From the NCBI RefSeq assembly GCF_055900595.2, contig NZ_CM148325.1: a DNA stretch of 64,000 bases; one strand, written 5' to 3'. Position numbers and translations under genes: made by a program. The notes under the pieces are model-generated. The model did no database searches. It was given only the letters and a program-made list of their open reading frames with translations, and was not told the DNA's origin. Shown here in pieces: positions 41,981 through 53,077 of this stretch. The number at the start of each line of letters is the position of its first letter. Position 1 is the stretch's first letter.

Positions 41981-42597
41981 TAGCGTTGCTCCTGAGTGAG
42001 GGAAAGGGGATCCTCCCCGCCATTGGCAAACCAGCTTGCGGCAAGGCGCTGTTTTTCTTTCATCTGACGTTGCAGGCTATCGTCGGTGATCAGCCGTAAC
42101 GCATGATTCGGGCAAGCGCGAACGCAGGCCGGACCTTCTGGCAAGAAATCACACAGGTCGCATTTCACCGCGACGCTCTGGACACCCGGTTCCCAGCGCA
42201 GCAAAGCATGTTGGGTCGGCGCGTTTTCTTCGCCGTCTTTGAGTGAGCCGTCAGCCTGAAAAACATATTGCGCAGGGGCATTCACCGGACGGCTTCCTGA
42301 AGCGCTGATTGCGCCAAATGGGCAGACCACGGCGCAAAGCTTGCAGCCAATACAGAGGCTTTCGTTGAGTTGGATCGCATCATCTCTCTGGGAGATGGCA
42401 TTGACCGGGCAGACCTGCAGGCAAGGGGCTTCCTCACAGTGATGACACACGACAGGGGCAGTGAGTGTTGACGTCTTCGCCAGGGCCAGGCGCGGGTGTT
42501 GCTGTAAACCTTGCGTTTTATGCACGTCCGAACAGGCAGCGAGACAGGTATTACATCCTGTACACCACAGTGGTTCGGCCACCACAAAGCGGTTCAT
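41980..42597 (-). CDS. hyfA: Hydrogenase-4 ferredoxin-type subunit A (4x[4Fe-4S])
   Basis: 205 aa from ATG at 42597 (MNRFVVAEPLWCTGCNTC...); the start was chosen downstream of the putative sigma54 promoter. Confidence 0.9.
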   Translation of the reverse strand: MNRFVVAEPLWCTGCNTCLAACSDVHKTQGLQQHPRLALAKTSTLTAPVVCHHCEEAPCLQVCPVNAISQRDDAIQLNESLCIGCKLCAVVCPFGAISASGSRPVNAPAQYVFQADGSLKDGEENAPTQHALLRWEPGVQSVAVKCDLCDFLPEGPACVRACPNHALRLITDDSLQRQMKEKQRLAASWFANGGEDPLSLTQEQR

Positions 42598-42635
42598 GTC
42601 GGCTCCTTGAAAATGATATGAAACATTGCATTTCA

Positions 42636-42655
42636 TTTTGCATAAAGGATGCCAG
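42636..42655 (-). promoter_or_regulatory. Putative sigma54 (-24/-12) promoter of the hyf operon
   Basis: Reverse strand reads CTGGCATCCTTTATGCAAAA (GG-N10-GC), about 40 nt upstream of the hyfA ATG; hyfR is a sigma54 activator. Confidence 0.6.
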
Positions 42656-42849
42656 TCTGATTAATTTAATATATTCAATAAGTTATGTGTTAACTGGGTT
42701 CTGAACGGTACAAAAATGATGGTCATTAACGTTCAGCAATAAATGGATTCGACACCCGTGTCGCAGGGGAAAGCGAGAATGTGATCTTGATCACGAGAAG
42801 TGAGGTGTGCTGGCCGCAAGCGCAGCCAGCACTGAATGGAGCAAAGTAA

Positions 42850-43320
42850 TCAGGCGTGTTCTTTCAGCCAGTTCAGCACAACGTCGTGGTGATTGCTGGT
42901 TTTGAAATCGTCAAAGACATGTTCGATTTTGCCATCAGCGTCAATCAGGAAGCTGATGCGATGAATACCATCGTAGGTTTTGCCCATGAAGGACTTTTCA
43001 CCCCAGACGCCGAATTGTTCGCACACCTGGTGGTCCTCATCAGACAGGAGCGTAAAGTTAAGCAGCTCTTTTTCCGCAAAACGGGAGAGTTTTTCGGGTT
43101 TATCGGTGCTGATACCCAGCACATCAACGCCCGCTTTTTTCAATTCATCCATGTTATCGCGTAAGCCGCAGGCCTGTACGGTACAGCCGGGAGTCATGGC
43201 TTTTGGGTAAAAATAAACCAGAACACGCTGTCCCTGGAAGTCGGTCAAATTAACTTGTTCTCCGTCTTGATCCGGCAAGCTAAATTTCGGTGCGATATCA
43301 CCGGCTTTCAGTGGATTCAT
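42850..43320 (-). CDS. bcp: Thiol peroxidase Bcp (peroxiredoxin Q family)
   Basis: 156 aa with the peroxiredoxin active-site motif TPGCT. Confidence 0.95.
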   Translation of the reverse strand: MNPLKAGDIAPKFSLPDQDGEQVNLTDFQGQRVLVYFYPKAMTPGCTVQACGLRDNMDELKKAGVDVLGISTDKPEKLSRFAEKELLNFTLLSDEDHQVCEQFGVWGEKSFMGKTYDGIHRISFLIDADGKIEHVFDDFKTSNHHDVVLNWLKEHA

Positions 43321-43892
43321 TACTTAACTCCATCCTGTTCATCATGTGGGGAATAATTGACGACGTTTATACTGCCTTGTGCATTGAGTTCTGTACATAG
43401 GGCTTTAAACGCTTGCTCAATATTTGCTGCATCCGCAGAGGCGGGGCTGTGGGCGGTGATCTGAATATGCAACTGTGCAGCCCGTTCATTTTCAGCAGGT
43501 TGCGTGCGCGATACCAGCTCCGCAATGTTCATGTGGTGCGCGTCGAAAAGTGCCGTGAAGCGTTCAATTAAATGCGGGGAGTCTGCCACATCGACCTGAA
43601 CCCAGACAGATGCTGGCATTGGCGGACGCGGACGAGCCGTCGTGCGCTTCATCACGATTAAAAGATCCAGTTCGGCACCTTTCAACGGTAACGTTGATTC
43701 AATCAGAGTAATGGCATTCCATGAACCGGAAAGCAGCATGATAAACGTGAACTCTTCTCCCAGCATCGCCAGGCGACTGTCTTCAATATTACAGCCGCAA
43801 CTACTGACATGACGGGTGATGGTGTTCACAATTCCAGGGCGATCGGCACCCAACGCAGTGATCACCAGATAATGTTGCGATGACAGTGTCAA
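43320..43892 (-). CDS. gcvR: Glycine cleavage system transcriptional repressor GcvR
   Basis: 190 aa if initiated at the TTG at 43892 (SD AAGGAA 8 nt upstream; MTLSSQHYLVITALGADRPGIV...); two ACT-like domains. Confidence 0.85.
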   Translation of the reverse strand: MTLSSQHYLVITALGADRPGIVNTITRHVSSCGCNIEDSRLAMLGEEFTFIMLLSGSWNAITLIESTLPLKGAELDLLIVMKRTTARPRPPMPASVWVQVDVADSPHLIERFTALFDAHHMNIAELVSRTQPAENERAAQLHIQITAHSPASADAANIEQAFKALCTELNAQGSINVVNYSPHDEQDGVK

Positions 43893-44037
43893 ACTGGTTA
43901 TTCCTTTAAGGGGTGAGTTGTTCTTAAGGAAAGCATAAAAAAAACATGCATACAACAATCAGAACGGTTCTGTCTGCTTGCTTTTAATGCCATACCAAAC
44001 GTACCATTGAGACACTTGTTTGCACAGAGGATGGCCC

Positions 44038-44916
44038 ATGTTCACGGGAAGTATTGTCGCGATTGTTACTCCGATGGATGAAAAAGGTAATGTCTGTCGG
44101 GCTAGCTTGAAAAAACTGATTGATTATCATGTCGCCAGCGGTACTTCGGCGATCGTTTCTGTTGGCACCACTGGCGAGTCCGCTACCTTAAATCATGACG
44201 AACATGCTGATGTGGTGATGATGACGCTGGAGCTGGCTGACGGGCGCATTCCGGTAATTGCAGGGACCGGCGCTAACGCTACTGCGGAAGCCATTAGCCT
44301 GACGCAGCGTTTCAATGACAGTGGTATCGTCGGCTGCCTGACGGTAACCCCTTACTACAATCGTCCGTCGCAAGAAGGTTTGTATCAGCATTTCAAAGCC
44401 ATCGCTGAGCATACTGACCTGCCGCAAATTCTGTATAATGTGCCGTCCCGTACTGGTTGCGATCTGCTCCCGGAAACGGTGGGCCGTCTGGCGAAAGTAA
44501 AAAATATTATCGGAATCAAAGAGGCTACAGGGAACTTAACGCGTGTAAACCAGATCAAAGAGCTGGTTTCAGATGATTTTGTTCTGCTGAGCGGCGATGA
44601 TGCGAGCGCGCTGGACTTCATGCAATTAGGCGGTCATGGGGTTATTTCCGTTACGGCTAACGTCGCAGCGCGTGATATGGCCCAGATGTGCAAACTGGCG
44701 GCAGAAGGGCATTTTGCCGAGGCACGCGTTATTAATCAGCGTCTGATGCCATTACACAACAAACTATTTGTCGAACCCAATCCAATCCCGGTGAAATGGG
44801 CATGTAAGGAATTGGGTCTTGTGGCGACCGATACGCTGCGCCTGCCAATGACTCCAATCACCGACAGTGGTCGTGAGACGGTCAGAGCGGCGCTTAAGCA
44901 TGCCGGTTTGCTGTAA
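44038..44916 (+). CDS. dapA: 4-hydroxy-tetrahydrodipicolinate synthase
   Basis: 292 aa ([18 protein letters not shown]...). Confidence 0.95.
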   Translation: MFTGSIVAIVTPMDEKGNVCRASLKKLIDYHVASGTSAIVSVGTTGESATLNHDEHADVVMMTLELADGRIPVIAGTGANATAEAISLTQRFNDSGIVGCLTVTPYYNRPSQEGLYQHFKAIAEHTDLPQILYNVPSRTGCDLLPETVGRLAKVKNIIGIKEATGNLTRVNQIKELVSDDFVLLSGDDASALDFMQLGGHGVISVTANVAARDMAQMCKLAAEGHFAEARVINQRLMPLHNKLFVEPNPIPVKWACKELGLVATDTLRLPMTPITDSGRETVRAALKHAGLL

Positions 44917-44932
44917 AGTTTAGGGAGATTTG

Positions 44933-45967
44933 ATGGCTTACTCTGTTCAAAAGTCGCGCCTGGCAATGGTTGCGGGTGTTTCGCTTGTTTTATTACTCGC
45001 AGCCTGTAGTTCTGACTCACGCTATAAGCGTCAGGTCAGTGGTGATGAAGCCTACCTGGAAGCGGCACCGCTTGCGGAGCTTCATGCCCCGGCTGGAATG
45101 ATTTTGCCGGTGACCTCCGGTGATTATGCAATCCCGGTGACCAACGGTAGTGGTGCTGTCGGTAAGGCGCTGGACATTCGTCCACCAGCCCAGCCGCTGG
45201 CACTGGTTTCTGGCGCGCGTACCCAGTTCACGGGCGATACCGCTTCATTGCTGGTGGAAAATGGTCGTGGCAATACTCTGTGGCCGCAGGTGGTTAGCGT
45301 GCTGCAGGCGAAAAACTACACCATCACCCAACGTGATGATGCGGGTCAGACGCTGACCACCGATTGGGTACAATGGAACCGTCTGGACGAAGACGAGCAG
45401 TATCGTGGTCGTTATCAAATCTCTGTTAAACCGCAAGGTTATCAGCAGGCGGTTACGGTTAAACTGCTGAACCTGGAACAGGCGGGCAAACCGGTTGCAG
45501 ACGCGGCTTCCATGCAGCGTTACAGCACGGAGATGATGAACGTTATTTCCGCCGGTCTGGATAAATCTGCCACTGACGCCGCGAACGCTGCGCAAAATCG
45601 TGCCTCCACCACTATGGACGTACAAAGTGCAGCTGATGACACCGGTTTACCGATGCTGGTCGTACGCGGGCCGTTCAATGTGGTTTGGCAACGTCTGCCA
45701 GCGGCGCTGGAAAAAGTGGGCATGAAAGTGACCGACAGCACCCGTTCGCAGGGCAACATGGCCGTAACTTACAAGCCGCTGTCTGACAGCGACTGGCAGG
45801 AACTGGGCGCGAGCGATCCAGGCCTGGCATCCGGTGACTATAAACTGCAGGTTGGCGATTTAGATAACCGCAGCAGCCTACAGTTCATCGATCCGAAAGG
45901 TCATACTCTGACTCAGAGTCAGAACGACGCGCTGGTAGCTGTCTTCCAGGCTGCGTTTAGCAAGTAA
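44933..45967 (+). CDS. bamC: Outer-membrane protein assembly factor BamC (NlpB) lipoprotein
   Basis: 344 aa with lipobox LLAACSS. Confidence 0.95.
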   Translation: MAYSVQKSRLAMVAGVSLVLLLAACSSDSRYKRQVSGDEAYLEAAPLAELHAPAGMILPVTSGDYAIPVTNGSGAVGKALDIRPPAQPLALVSGARTQFTGDTASLLVENGRGNTLWPQVVSVLQAKNYTITQRDDAGQTLTTDWVQWNRLDEDEQYRGRYQISVKPQGYQQAVTVKLLNLEQAGKPVADAASMQRYSTEMMNVISAGLDKSATDAANAAQNRASTTMDVQSAADDTGLPMLVVRGPFNVVWQRLPAALEKVGMKVTDSTRSQGNMAVTYKPLSDSDWQELGASDPGLASGDYKLQVGDLDNRSSLQFIDPKGHTLTQSQNDALVAVFQAAFSK

Positions 45968-46071
45968 AAATACAGGGCTGGAGTCATCCGGCCCTTTTTT
46001 CTGATATGATACGCAAACGTGTGCGTCGGCAGAAAAATGCGATTTTAGCGGTAATTCGCACGAAATTTGTT

Positions 46072-46130
46072 TGTCGGACGTAGGTCGGATAAGGCGTTCT
46101 TGCCGCATCCGACAAAACATCCGGCACACC
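46072..46130. repeat. REP element(s)
   Basis: gtcggacgtaggtcggataaggcgttcttgccgcatccgacaaaacatccggcac between bamC and purC. Confidence 0.65.
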
Positions 46131-46179
46131 AGACAGCAAAAGATTTTAAAACGTTAATTCACACCCAGGAGTGATAAAG

Positions 46180-46893
46180 ATGCAAAAGCAAGCTGAGTTG
46201 TATCGTGGTAAAGCGAAAACCGTATACAGCACGGAAAACCCGGACCTGTTGGTGCTCGAATTCCGCAATGATACGTCAGCAGGGGATGGCGCGCGCATTG
46301 AGCAGTTTGATCGCAAAGGTATGGTGAACAACAAGTTCAACTACTTCATTATGAGCAAACTGGCTGAAGCGGGTATCCCGACTCAAATGGAGCGTCTGCT
46401 CTCCGATACCGAATGTCTGGTGAAAAAGCTGGATATGGTGCCGGTTGAGTGTGTCGTGCGTAACCGTGCTGCTGGCTCTCTGGTGAAACGTCTTGGAATC
46501 GAAGAAGGTATTGAGCTGAACCCGCCGCTGTTCGATCTGTTCCTGAAAAACGACGCCATGCACGATCCGATGGTCAACGAATCTTACTGCGAAACCTTTG
46601 GCTGGGTAAGTAAAGAGAACCTGGCGCGTATGAAAGAGCTGACCTACAAAGCGAACGACGTGCTGAAAAAACTGTTCGATGATGCTGGTCTCATTCTGGT
46701 CGACTTCAAGCTGGAGTTTGGTCTGTACAAAGGCGAAGTGGTTCTGGGCGATGAGTTCTCCCCGGACGGCAGCCGCCTGTGGGACAAAGAAACGCTGGAG
46801 AAAATGGATAAAGACCGTTTCCGCCAGAGCCTCGGTGGCCTGATCGAAGCATATGAAGCCGTTGCCCGCCGCCTGGGTGTACAGCTGGACTGA
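46180..46893 (+). CDS. purC: SAICAR synthetase
   Basis: 237 aa ([28 protein letters not shown]...). Confidence 0.95.
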
Positions 46894-47060
46894 TTTTTCT
46901 ATTCATCATCTTGCCGTGCTGCTGGCACGGCAAGACAACCGCTCTCATAAGATGTGCATTGAACGCTCATTCCTCCGCCATTTCATCCCGCTTTCCTGTG
47001 GTAATCTTCCTCTGAACCACCTACGATCATTTCTATAATGAATATATTGCTGAGGTATCT

Positions 47061-47924
47061 ATGCGTTGGCAAGGGCGACGTGAAAGTGACAATGTTGAAG
47101 ACAGGCGCAATAGCTCCGGTGGTCCGTCAATGGGCGGTCCCGGTTTCCGTCTGCCAAGCGGTAAAGGCGGGCTGATTTTACTGATAGTCGTGCTGGTTGC
47201 AGGCTACTATGGCGTTGATTTAACCGGATTGATGACCGGACAGCCGGTTTCCCAACAGCAATCAACGCGGTCAATTAGCCCTAATGAAGACGAAGCCGCA
47301 AAATTCACCTCGGTGATTCTGGCAACCACGGAAGACACCTGGGGACAGCAATTCGAGAAGATGGGTAAAACCTATCAGCAACCGAAGCTGGTCATGTACC
47401 GTGGAATGACGCGCACCGGCTGCGGGGCGGGCCAGTCCATTATGGGACCGTTCTATTGCCCGGCGGATGGCACGGTTTATATCGATCTCTCCTTCTATGA
47501 TGACATGAAAGACAAACTTGGCGCGGATGGCGATTTTGCCCAGGGGTACGTTATCGCCCATGAAGTCGGTCATCATGTGCAGAAACTGTTAGGCATCGAG
47601 CCGAAAGTCCGTCAACTGCAACAAAACGCGACGCAGGCGGAAGTAAACCGCTTATCTGTGCGTATGGAACTCCAGGCCGACTGTTTTGCCGGTGTCTGGG
47701 GGCATAGCATGCAGCAGCAAGGCGTTCTGGAAACCGGCGATCTGGAAGAAGCGCTGAACGCGGCGCAGGCCATCGGCGATGACCGTTTACAGCAGCAAAG
47801 TCAGGGGCGAGTCGTACCAGACAGTTTCACTCATGGCACTTCTCAGCAACGCTACAGCTGGTTTAAACGTGGTTTCGACAGCGGCGATCCGGCACAATGC
47901 AATACTTTTGGTAAAAGCATTTAA
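47061..47924 (+). CDS. ypfJ: Putative zinc metalloprotease-like protein YpfJ
   Basis: 287 aa with N-terminal TM segment and HEVGHH zinc motif. Confidence 0.85.
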
Positions 47925-47938
47925 CTTTCGGGGCAGGG

Positions 47939-49954
47939 ATGGCTGAACTGACTGCGCTTCACCCATTAACAGCGCAAATGAAACGTGAAGGGATCCGCCG
48001 CTTGCTGGTGTTGAGCGGGGAAGAACGTTGGTGCTTTAACTGTGCGCTTAAGTTGCGTGATGCTTTACCTGGCGACTGGTTGTGGGTTTCACCGCAGCCA
48101 GTCGCTGAAAACCACTGTACTCCCTCGGCGCTACAAACTTTACTTGGACGCGAGTTCCGGCATGCGATATTCGACGCCCGCCAGGGCTTTGATGCCGCTG
48201 CCTTTGCGGCACTTAGCGGAACGTTGAAAGCGGGAAGCTGGCTGGTGTTGTTACTCCCTGTATGGGAAGAGTGGGAAAACCAACCTGATGCCGATTCGCT
48301 GCGCTGGAGTGATTGCCCTGACCCTATTGCGACGCCGCATTTTGTCCGGCACCTCAAACGCGTACTTACGGCGGATCACGACGCTATCCTCTGGCGGCAA
48401 AACCAGCCGTTCACGTTGACGCATTTTATTCCCCGTACTGACTGGCAACCCGCGACTGGCGCACCACAACCGGAACAACAGCAACTCTTACAGCAGCTAC
48501 TCACCATGCCGCCGGGTGTGTCAGCGGTAACTGCTGCGCGTGGGCGCGGTAAGTCGGCGCTGGCAGGGCAACTCATTTCTCGTATTGCGGGCAGTGCGAT
48601 TGTCACCGCGCCTGCAAAAGCGGCAACGGATGTACTGGCACAATTTGCGGGCGAAAAGTTTCGCTTTATTGCGCCGGATGCCTTGTTAGCCAGCGATGAG
48701 CAAGCCGACTGGCTGGTGGTCGATGAAGCCGCAGCCATACCTGCGCCGTTGTTGCATCAACTGGTATCGCGTTTTCCTCGAACGTTGTTAACCACTACGG
48801 TGCAGGGCTACGAAGGTACCGGACGTGGTTTTTTGCTGAAATTTTGTGCGCGTTTCCCGCATTTACACCGTTTCGAATTGCAACAGCCGATCCGCTGGGC
48901 GCAGGGATGCCCGCTGGAAAAAATGGTCAGCGAGGCACTGGTTTTTGACGATGAAAACTTCACTCACGAACCACAAGGTGACATCGTCATTTCCGCTTTT
49001 GAACAGACCTTATGGCGAAGCGATCCGGATACACCGTTAAAGGTATATCAGCTATTGTCTGGCGCGCACTACCGGACCTCGCCGCTGGATTTACGCCGCA
49101 TGATGGATGCACCTGGGCAACATTTTTTCCAGGCGGCTTGTGAAAACGAGATCGCCGGGGCGCTGTGGCTGGTGGATGAGGGCGGATTATCTCAAGAACT
49201 CAGCCAGGCGGTATGGGCAGGTTTTCGTCGCCCGCGCGGTAATCTGGTAGCCCAGTCGCTGGCGGCGCACGGCAGCAATCCACTGGCAGCGACATTGCGC
49301 GGACGGCGGGTCAGCAGGATAGCAGTTCATCCAGCTCGTCAGCGTGAAGGCGTTGGGCAACAGCTTATTGCCCGTGCTTTAAACTATACGCATGACCTCG
49401 ACTATCTTTCGGTGAGTTTTGGCTACACCGCGGAGTTATGGCGTTTCTGGCAACGCTGCGGTTTTGTGCTGGTGCGAATGGGTAATCATCGTGAAGCCAG
49501 CAGCGGTTGCTATACGGCGATGGCACTGTTACCGATGAGTGATGCGGGTAAACAGCTGGCTGAACGTGAGCATTACCGTTTACGTCGCGATGCGCATGCT
49601 CTCACGCAGTGGAATGGCGAAACGCTCCCCGTCGATCCACGAAATGATGCCGTCCTTTCTGAGGACGACTGGCTTGAACTGGCCGGTTTTGCTTTCGCTC
49701 ATCGTCCGCTATTAACGTCGTTAGGTTGCTTAACGCGTCTGCTACAAACCAGTGAACTGGCATTACCGGCGCTGCGTGGTCGTTTACAGAAAAACGCCAG
49801 TGACGCGCAGTTATGTACCACACTTAAACTTTCAGGCCGCAAGATGTTACTGGCCCGTCAGCGAGAAGAGGCCGCGCAGGCGCTGTTCGCACTTGATAAT
49901 GTTCGCACTGAGCGTCTGCGCGATCGCATAACGCAATGGCAATTTTTTCACTGA
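47939..49954 (+). CDS. tmcA: tRNA(Met) cytidine acetyltransferase TmcA
   Basis: 671 aa. Helicase-like ATPase motif (ARGRGKSA) plus GNAT-like C-terminal region. Confidence 0.9.
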   Translation: MAELTALHPLTAQMKREGIRRLLVLSGEERWCFNCALKLRDALPGDWLWVSPQPVAENHCTPSALQTLLGREFRHAIFDARQGFDAAAFAALSGTLKAGSWLVLLLPVWEEWENQPDADSLRWSDCPDPIATPHFVRHLKRVLTADHDAILWRQNQPFTLTHFIPRTDWQPATGAPQPEQQQLLQQLLTMPPGVSAVTAARGRGKSALAGQLISRIAGSAIVTAPAKAATDVLAQFAGEKFRFIAPDALLASDEQADWLVVDEAAAIPAPLLHQLVSRFPRTLLTTTVQGYEGTGRGFLLKFCARFPHLHRFELQQPIRWAQGCPLEKMVSEALVFDDENFTHEPQGDIVISAFEQTLWRSDPDTPLKVYQLLSGAHYRTSPLDLRRMMDAPGQHFFQAACENEIAGALWLVDEGGLSQELSQAVWAGFRRPRGNLVAQSLAAHGSNPLAATLRGRRVSRIAVHPARQREGVGQQLIARALNYTHDLDYLSVSFGYTAELWRFWQRCGFVLVRMGNHREASSGCYTAMALLPMSDAGKQLAEREHYRLRRDAHALTQWNGETLPVDPRNDAVLSEDDWLELAGFAFAHRPLLTSLGCLTRLLQTSELALPALRGRLQKNASDAQLCTTLKLSGRKMLLARQREEAAQALFALDNVRTERLRDRITQWQFFH

Positions 49955-50027
49955 CTCCTTCAATTTTCTCCCATGGTCATTGTGAGTCAGCGGCGTAAAA
50001 TTAATGACATCAGTTAAGGAGTTCGCC

Positions 50028-50729
50028 ATGAAACATGACCATTTTGTTGTTCAAAGCCCGGATAAACCTGCACAACAGTTGTTACTGCTTTTCCACGGTG
50101 TCGGGGATAACCCGGTAGCGATGGGTGAGATCGGCAGTTGGTTTGCGCCGCTGTTTCCTGATGCACTGGTGGTGAGCGTCGGTGGCGCGGAGCCGAGCGG
50201 TAATCCGGCGGGGCGTCAGTGGTTTTCGGTGCAGGGTATTACGGAAGATAATCGCCAGGCGCGTGTGGATGCCATCATGCCGACGTTTATTGAGACGGTG
50301 CGCTACTGGCAGAAACAGAGCGGAGTAGGGGCAAACGCCACGGCGCTAATCGGTTTCTCACAAGGCGCGATTATGGCGCTGGAGAGCATTAAAGCCGAAC
50401 CGGGTCTTGCTTCGCGCGTCATTGCCTTTAACGGACGTTACGCCAGCTTGCCGGAAAACGCGTCTACAGCCACGACAATTCACTTGATTCATGGCGGTGA
50501 AGATCCGGTTATCGATCTGGCGCATGCGGTTGCGGCGCAGGAAGCGTTAATCAGTGCCGGTGGTGACGTGACGCTGGATATTGTGGAGGATTTAGGCCAT
50601 GCAATCGACAATCGCAGTATGCAATTTGCCCTGGATCACTTGCGTTATACCATACCGAAACATTATTTCGACGAAGCGCTAAGTGGTGGCAAACCTGGCG
50701 ATGATGATGTAATTGAAATGATGCAATAA
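50028..50729 (+). CDS. ypfH: Esterase/carboxylesterase YpfH (alpha/beta hydrolase)
   Basis: 233 aa from ATG at 50028 (MKHDHFVVQSP...); GFSQG nucleophile elbow. Confidence 0.85.
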   Translation: MKHDHFVVQSPDKPAQQLLLLFHGVGDNPVAMGEIGSWFAPLFPDALVVSVGGAEPSGNPAGRQWFSVQGITEDNRQARVDAIMPTFIETVRYWQKQSGVGANATALIGFSQGAIMALESIKAEPGLASRVIAFNGRYASLPENASTATTIHLIHGGEDPVIDLAHAVAAQEALISAGGDVTLDIVEDLGHAIDNRSMQFALDHLRYTIPKHYFDEALSGGKPGDDDVIEMMQ

Positions 50730-50732
50730 TAG

Positions 50733-50818
50733 CCTGGTAGGCCTGATAAGACGCGTGAGCGTCGCATCAGGCATCGTTCACCATTGCCGGATGCGGCATT
50801 AACGCCTTATCCGGCCAC
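50733..50818. repeat. REP/BIME cluster
   Basis: Inverted REP units (gcctgataagacgcgtgagcgtcgcatcaggc ... gccggatgcggcattaacgccttatccggcc). Confidence 0.7.
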
Positions 50819-50823
50819 TTAGC

Positions 50824-51024
50824 TTACTTCTTCGGTTGATCCTTTTTCGGCCAATCGTCGTCATCGTCCCACTTATCGTTGAAATCACGATGCGGGGGAA
50901 GCTCCGGCTTGTTGGCGAGAAATTTCTTATGGTCGACGCGCTTGAGATCTTTAATCACGTTCAGCAGGACGCCAACCAAAAAGACAATCACCAGAATCCA
51001 CCAATATTTAGCCAGCCAGTCCAT
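50824..51024 (-). CDS. ypfN: Small membrane protein YpfN
   Basis: 66 aa from ATG at 51024 ([27 protein letters not shown]...); acidic/basic C-terminus. Confidence 0.8.
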
Positions 51025-51051
51025 GCTTATTTCCTCTTGCAGAACCACTCA

Positions 51052-52179
51052 TCAGGCGACGAGCTGTTCCATGATACGTTGATACATACGGGCAAGTAGC
51101 TGCAGGTCGGCAGCGTTCACACATTCATTAATTTTATGAATAGTGGCATTGACCGGCCCGAGTTCCACCACCTGCGCCCCCATGCGGGCAATAAAGCGCC
51201 CGTCGGACGTTCCGCCTGTGGTCAGTAGCTGCGGTTTAATTTCATTATAGTGCTCAACCGCGTTAACGACCGCATCCACCAGTTTACCGCGCGCGGTCAA
51301 AAATGGCTGCCCGGAAAGCCACCAATCCACCGTATAACGCAGTTGATGTTTTTCAAGCAGGGCAAGCACCTGCGCTTTGATCATCTCATCCGTCAGTTCG
51401 GTGCTAAAGCGGAAGTTAAACTGCACAAACAGTTCACCCGGAATAACGTTGTTACTGCCCGTTCCCGCCTGAATATTGGCAATCTGCATACTGGTCGCCG
51501 GGAAGAATTCATTACCCTGATCCCACTCAATAGCCACTAATTCATTAAGGAAAGGTGCTGCGCGATGTACCGGATTGTCAGCCAGATGCGGGTAGGCTAC
51601 ATGCCCCTGCACGCCATGAATGGTAAGGTTGCAGGTTAACGATCCGCGACGACCATTTTTCACCACGTCACCAACCACTTCGATGCTCGATGGTTCGCCG
51701 ACCAGGCAGTAATCGAGACGCTCATTACGCGCCATTAACGCTTCGACGACTTTTACCGTACCGTTGTGGGCACTGGCTTCTTCATCAGAAGTGATCAGGA
51801 ATGCCAGTCGACCTGTATGGTTGGGATGTTGCGCGACAAAACGTTCTGCTGCTACCACCATCGCCGCCAGTGAGCCTTTCATATCTGCCGCACCACGCCC
51901 GAACAACATGCCGTCACGAATGGTTGGTTCAAACGGCGGATTAATCCAACGGTCGGCGTCGCCAGGCGGTACCACGTCGGTATGTCCGGCAAAGGCTAAC
52001 GTTTCGCCCTGCCCACGCCACGCCCAAAAGTTTTGCGTATCGGCAAAGTCCATGCGTTCAACGGTAAAACCGATCGCCTGCAAACGTTCAATCAACAAAG
52101 CCTGGCATCCTGCGTCATCAGGACTCAGGGAAGGGCGGCGAATAAGCTGCTGGGTCAGCTCAATAACCGGGCACGACAT
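51052..52179 (-). CDS. dapE: Succinyl-diaminopimelate desuccinylase
   Basis: 375 aa M20 peptidase-family protein ([24 protein letters not shown]...). Confidence 0.95.
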
Positions 52180-52182
52180 AGA

Positions 52183-52557
<375 letters not shown>

Positions 52558-52919
52558 TTATGAGAATAAATACTCATTTAAGAGTGAAAACATTTTGCCT
52601 GCAAATGATTATCAGGAAATATAACATTATCGAAGTATTCAAATTAACAACTATTAAATAATATTAAACATTTTTAACGTAAACATTAAGAATATTCATC
52701 TTGTTATCTGTCTGTATTTTAACCAGAATTAAATAAGTATTAGATGCCGTATGAATATCTCGAAATGTTGCTGTGTATCACATACAAATCATCACCGCAG
52801 GACCATAGTATTTACATAAGGTTTGTCCCCCGGAGGTAGTCATCGCAGCAATCGAGTAAATTAGCTTCACCACGGTATATTGTTTCCGTAGAATACCCAT
52901 AATTATAAGAGAGGTTGTT

Positions 52920-52979
52920 ATGATTGAACGTGAACTGGGGAACTGGAAAGACTTTATCGAAGTTATGCTTCGTAAGTAA
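52920..52979 (+). CDS. ypfM: Small protein YpfM (19 aa)
   Basis: Hand translation MIERELGNWKDFIEVMLRK matches the known E. coli small protein; below the ORF-track cutoff. Confidence 0.7.
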   Translation: MIERELGNWKDFIEVMLRK

Positions 52980-53077
52980 TTCCTGAGACAAAGTACAAAC
53001 AGAAAGTACCTGCTGAACAGGTTCTTTATCGGAAAGTTGAAAAAGGCGACACATTAGTATGTCGCCTTTTTAATTGC

